A stretch of DNA of 64,000 nt, taken from the NCBI RefSeq assembly GCF_947568905.1, contig NC_079171.1, positions 10,788,001 to 10,852,000 of the forward strand, read 5' to 3'. Shown here piece after piece: positions 62,656 to 64,000 of the stretch; position 1 is the stretch's first letter, and each line of letters begins with the position of its first letter. The position numbers and the translations under genes are program-made. A model generated the notes under the pieces. That model was not told where the DNA came from. It saw nothing but the letters and a program-made list of their open reading frames with translations, and made no database searches. Origin of the DNA: Ostrea edulis (taxonomy: Eukaryota).

Positions 62656-63265
62656 CCCTATATCAGATTAACCCCCCCCCCCCCCCACTATACTGTATGT
62701 ATACAATATTTATCAATAAGTGTAAAAACGTGCAGTATATGATAAACAGAATATTACATGCTAAAATCCATATTGTATGTCATATCAGCCCGAGTGGACC
62801 CATATCAGCCTGAAGCCCATACATTCTATTAATTCAAAAATTAATTTTCAGGAAGAAGCAATGCGTGTAAATTACTTCATCATACATACTTTTTCTGAGG
62901 TAGTTCTGAAGTTTTGGAATGTATTCGTTCCAGAATTGGCAATAACTATGTTTCAGACCCCTATCGTACACACTCTCGTATGGACCGACTGCCGTTTGTA
63001 ACTTCCGGTACTCCTCGTTCTCAAACGAATATGGTGGCCAGTCACTCGACGGCGTACTAAAAAAATCATAATCGAATTAATATTTCTTAAAATTTCAAAT
63101 CATAATATTAGGTATATATTATTTGAAAATTCTTCTCTAAATCTTATTTTAAAAAACAATACCCAGGTTTTTAGTAAGTATAAATGAGGGATCTGCATTA
63201 TTACACATCGCAAACCGTGCCGAAAAACTGTTTCCCCAATTACTGGTAAAGTACCATTTTATTTC

Positions 63266-63888
63266 ATACCGGTACCACTGTCAGTATTTTATCAATCTTC
63301 CACATACCTGTACATTGTACCACTGTCAGTATTTTATCGATCTTCCAGATACCGGTATCAATGTCAGTAATCATTCACACACCGGTACCGCTGTCAGTAT
63401 TTTATCAATCTTCCACACACCGGTATCAATGTCAGTAATCATTCACACACCGGTACCGCTGTCAGTATTTTATCAATCTTCCACACACCGGTATCAATGT
63501 CAGTAATCATTCACACACCGGTACCACTGTCAGTATTTTATTGATCATTCACACACCAGTACCGCTGTCAGTATTTTATCAATCTTCCACACACCGGTAT
63601 CAATGTCAGTAATCATTCACACACCGGTACCGCTGTCAGTATTTTATTCATCATTCACACACCGGTATTACTGTCAGTATTTTATTCATCATTCACACAC
63701 CGGTATTACTGTCAGTATTTTATTCATCATTCACACACCGGTATTACTGTCAGTATTTTATCGATCTTCCACACACTGGTATTACTGTCAGCATTTTATT
63801 CATCATTCACACACCGGTATTACTGTCAGTATTTTATTCATCATTCACACACCGGTATCGCTGTCAGTATTTTATTCATCATTCACAG
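63266..63888. repeat. 38-bp minisatellite with interleaved about 29-bp monomers
   Basis: Unit CACACCGGTATTACTGTCAGTATTTTATTCATCATTCA, period 38; shorter ACACCGGTATCAATGTCAGTAATCATTC units in the 5' half. Confidence 0.9.
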
Positions 63889-64000
63889 CAGAGGTGACTC
63901 AGTACACCACGATTTTATTTAATGGCTCGTTATAACACTTAATATAAAGTATGATTTCACCATCGGAAGATCTCAATTATTTTGTTATCAAAGTTTTGTG

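Overview
AT-rich eukaryotic genomic DNA, most likely from an oyster-like bivalve (inferred from the repeat families, not proven). One host gene can be assembled by hand although the ORF track misses it: a 5-exon secreted lipocalin on the + strand (8478-15991, about 198 aa), with canonical splice sites and the intron phase pattern 0,2,1,1 typical of lipocalins. The rest is repeats: (i) about 17 5'-truncated ends of a Penelope-like retroelement whose RT ORF stops right after the thumb (Naiad-like by inference); (ii) about 16 SINE copies with three different heads (two tRNA-derived, one non-tRNA) on a shared body and tail; (iii) three non-autonomous Helentron/HINE-type elements, two carrying internal satellites (128 bp and about 165 bp); (iv) several MITEs and foldbacks; (v) at least 15 unrelated tandem arrays. 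These include a 5.9 kb 22-bp array with kb-scale internal duplications and a 1.5 kb array made of the last 43 bp of the Penelope-like element. The long ORFs in the track (up to 1618 aa) are repeat artefacts. There is a 200-N assembly gap at 61280-61479. No rRNA, CRISPR array or convincing tRNA gene was found. Repeat boundaries are read by eye and are approximate.
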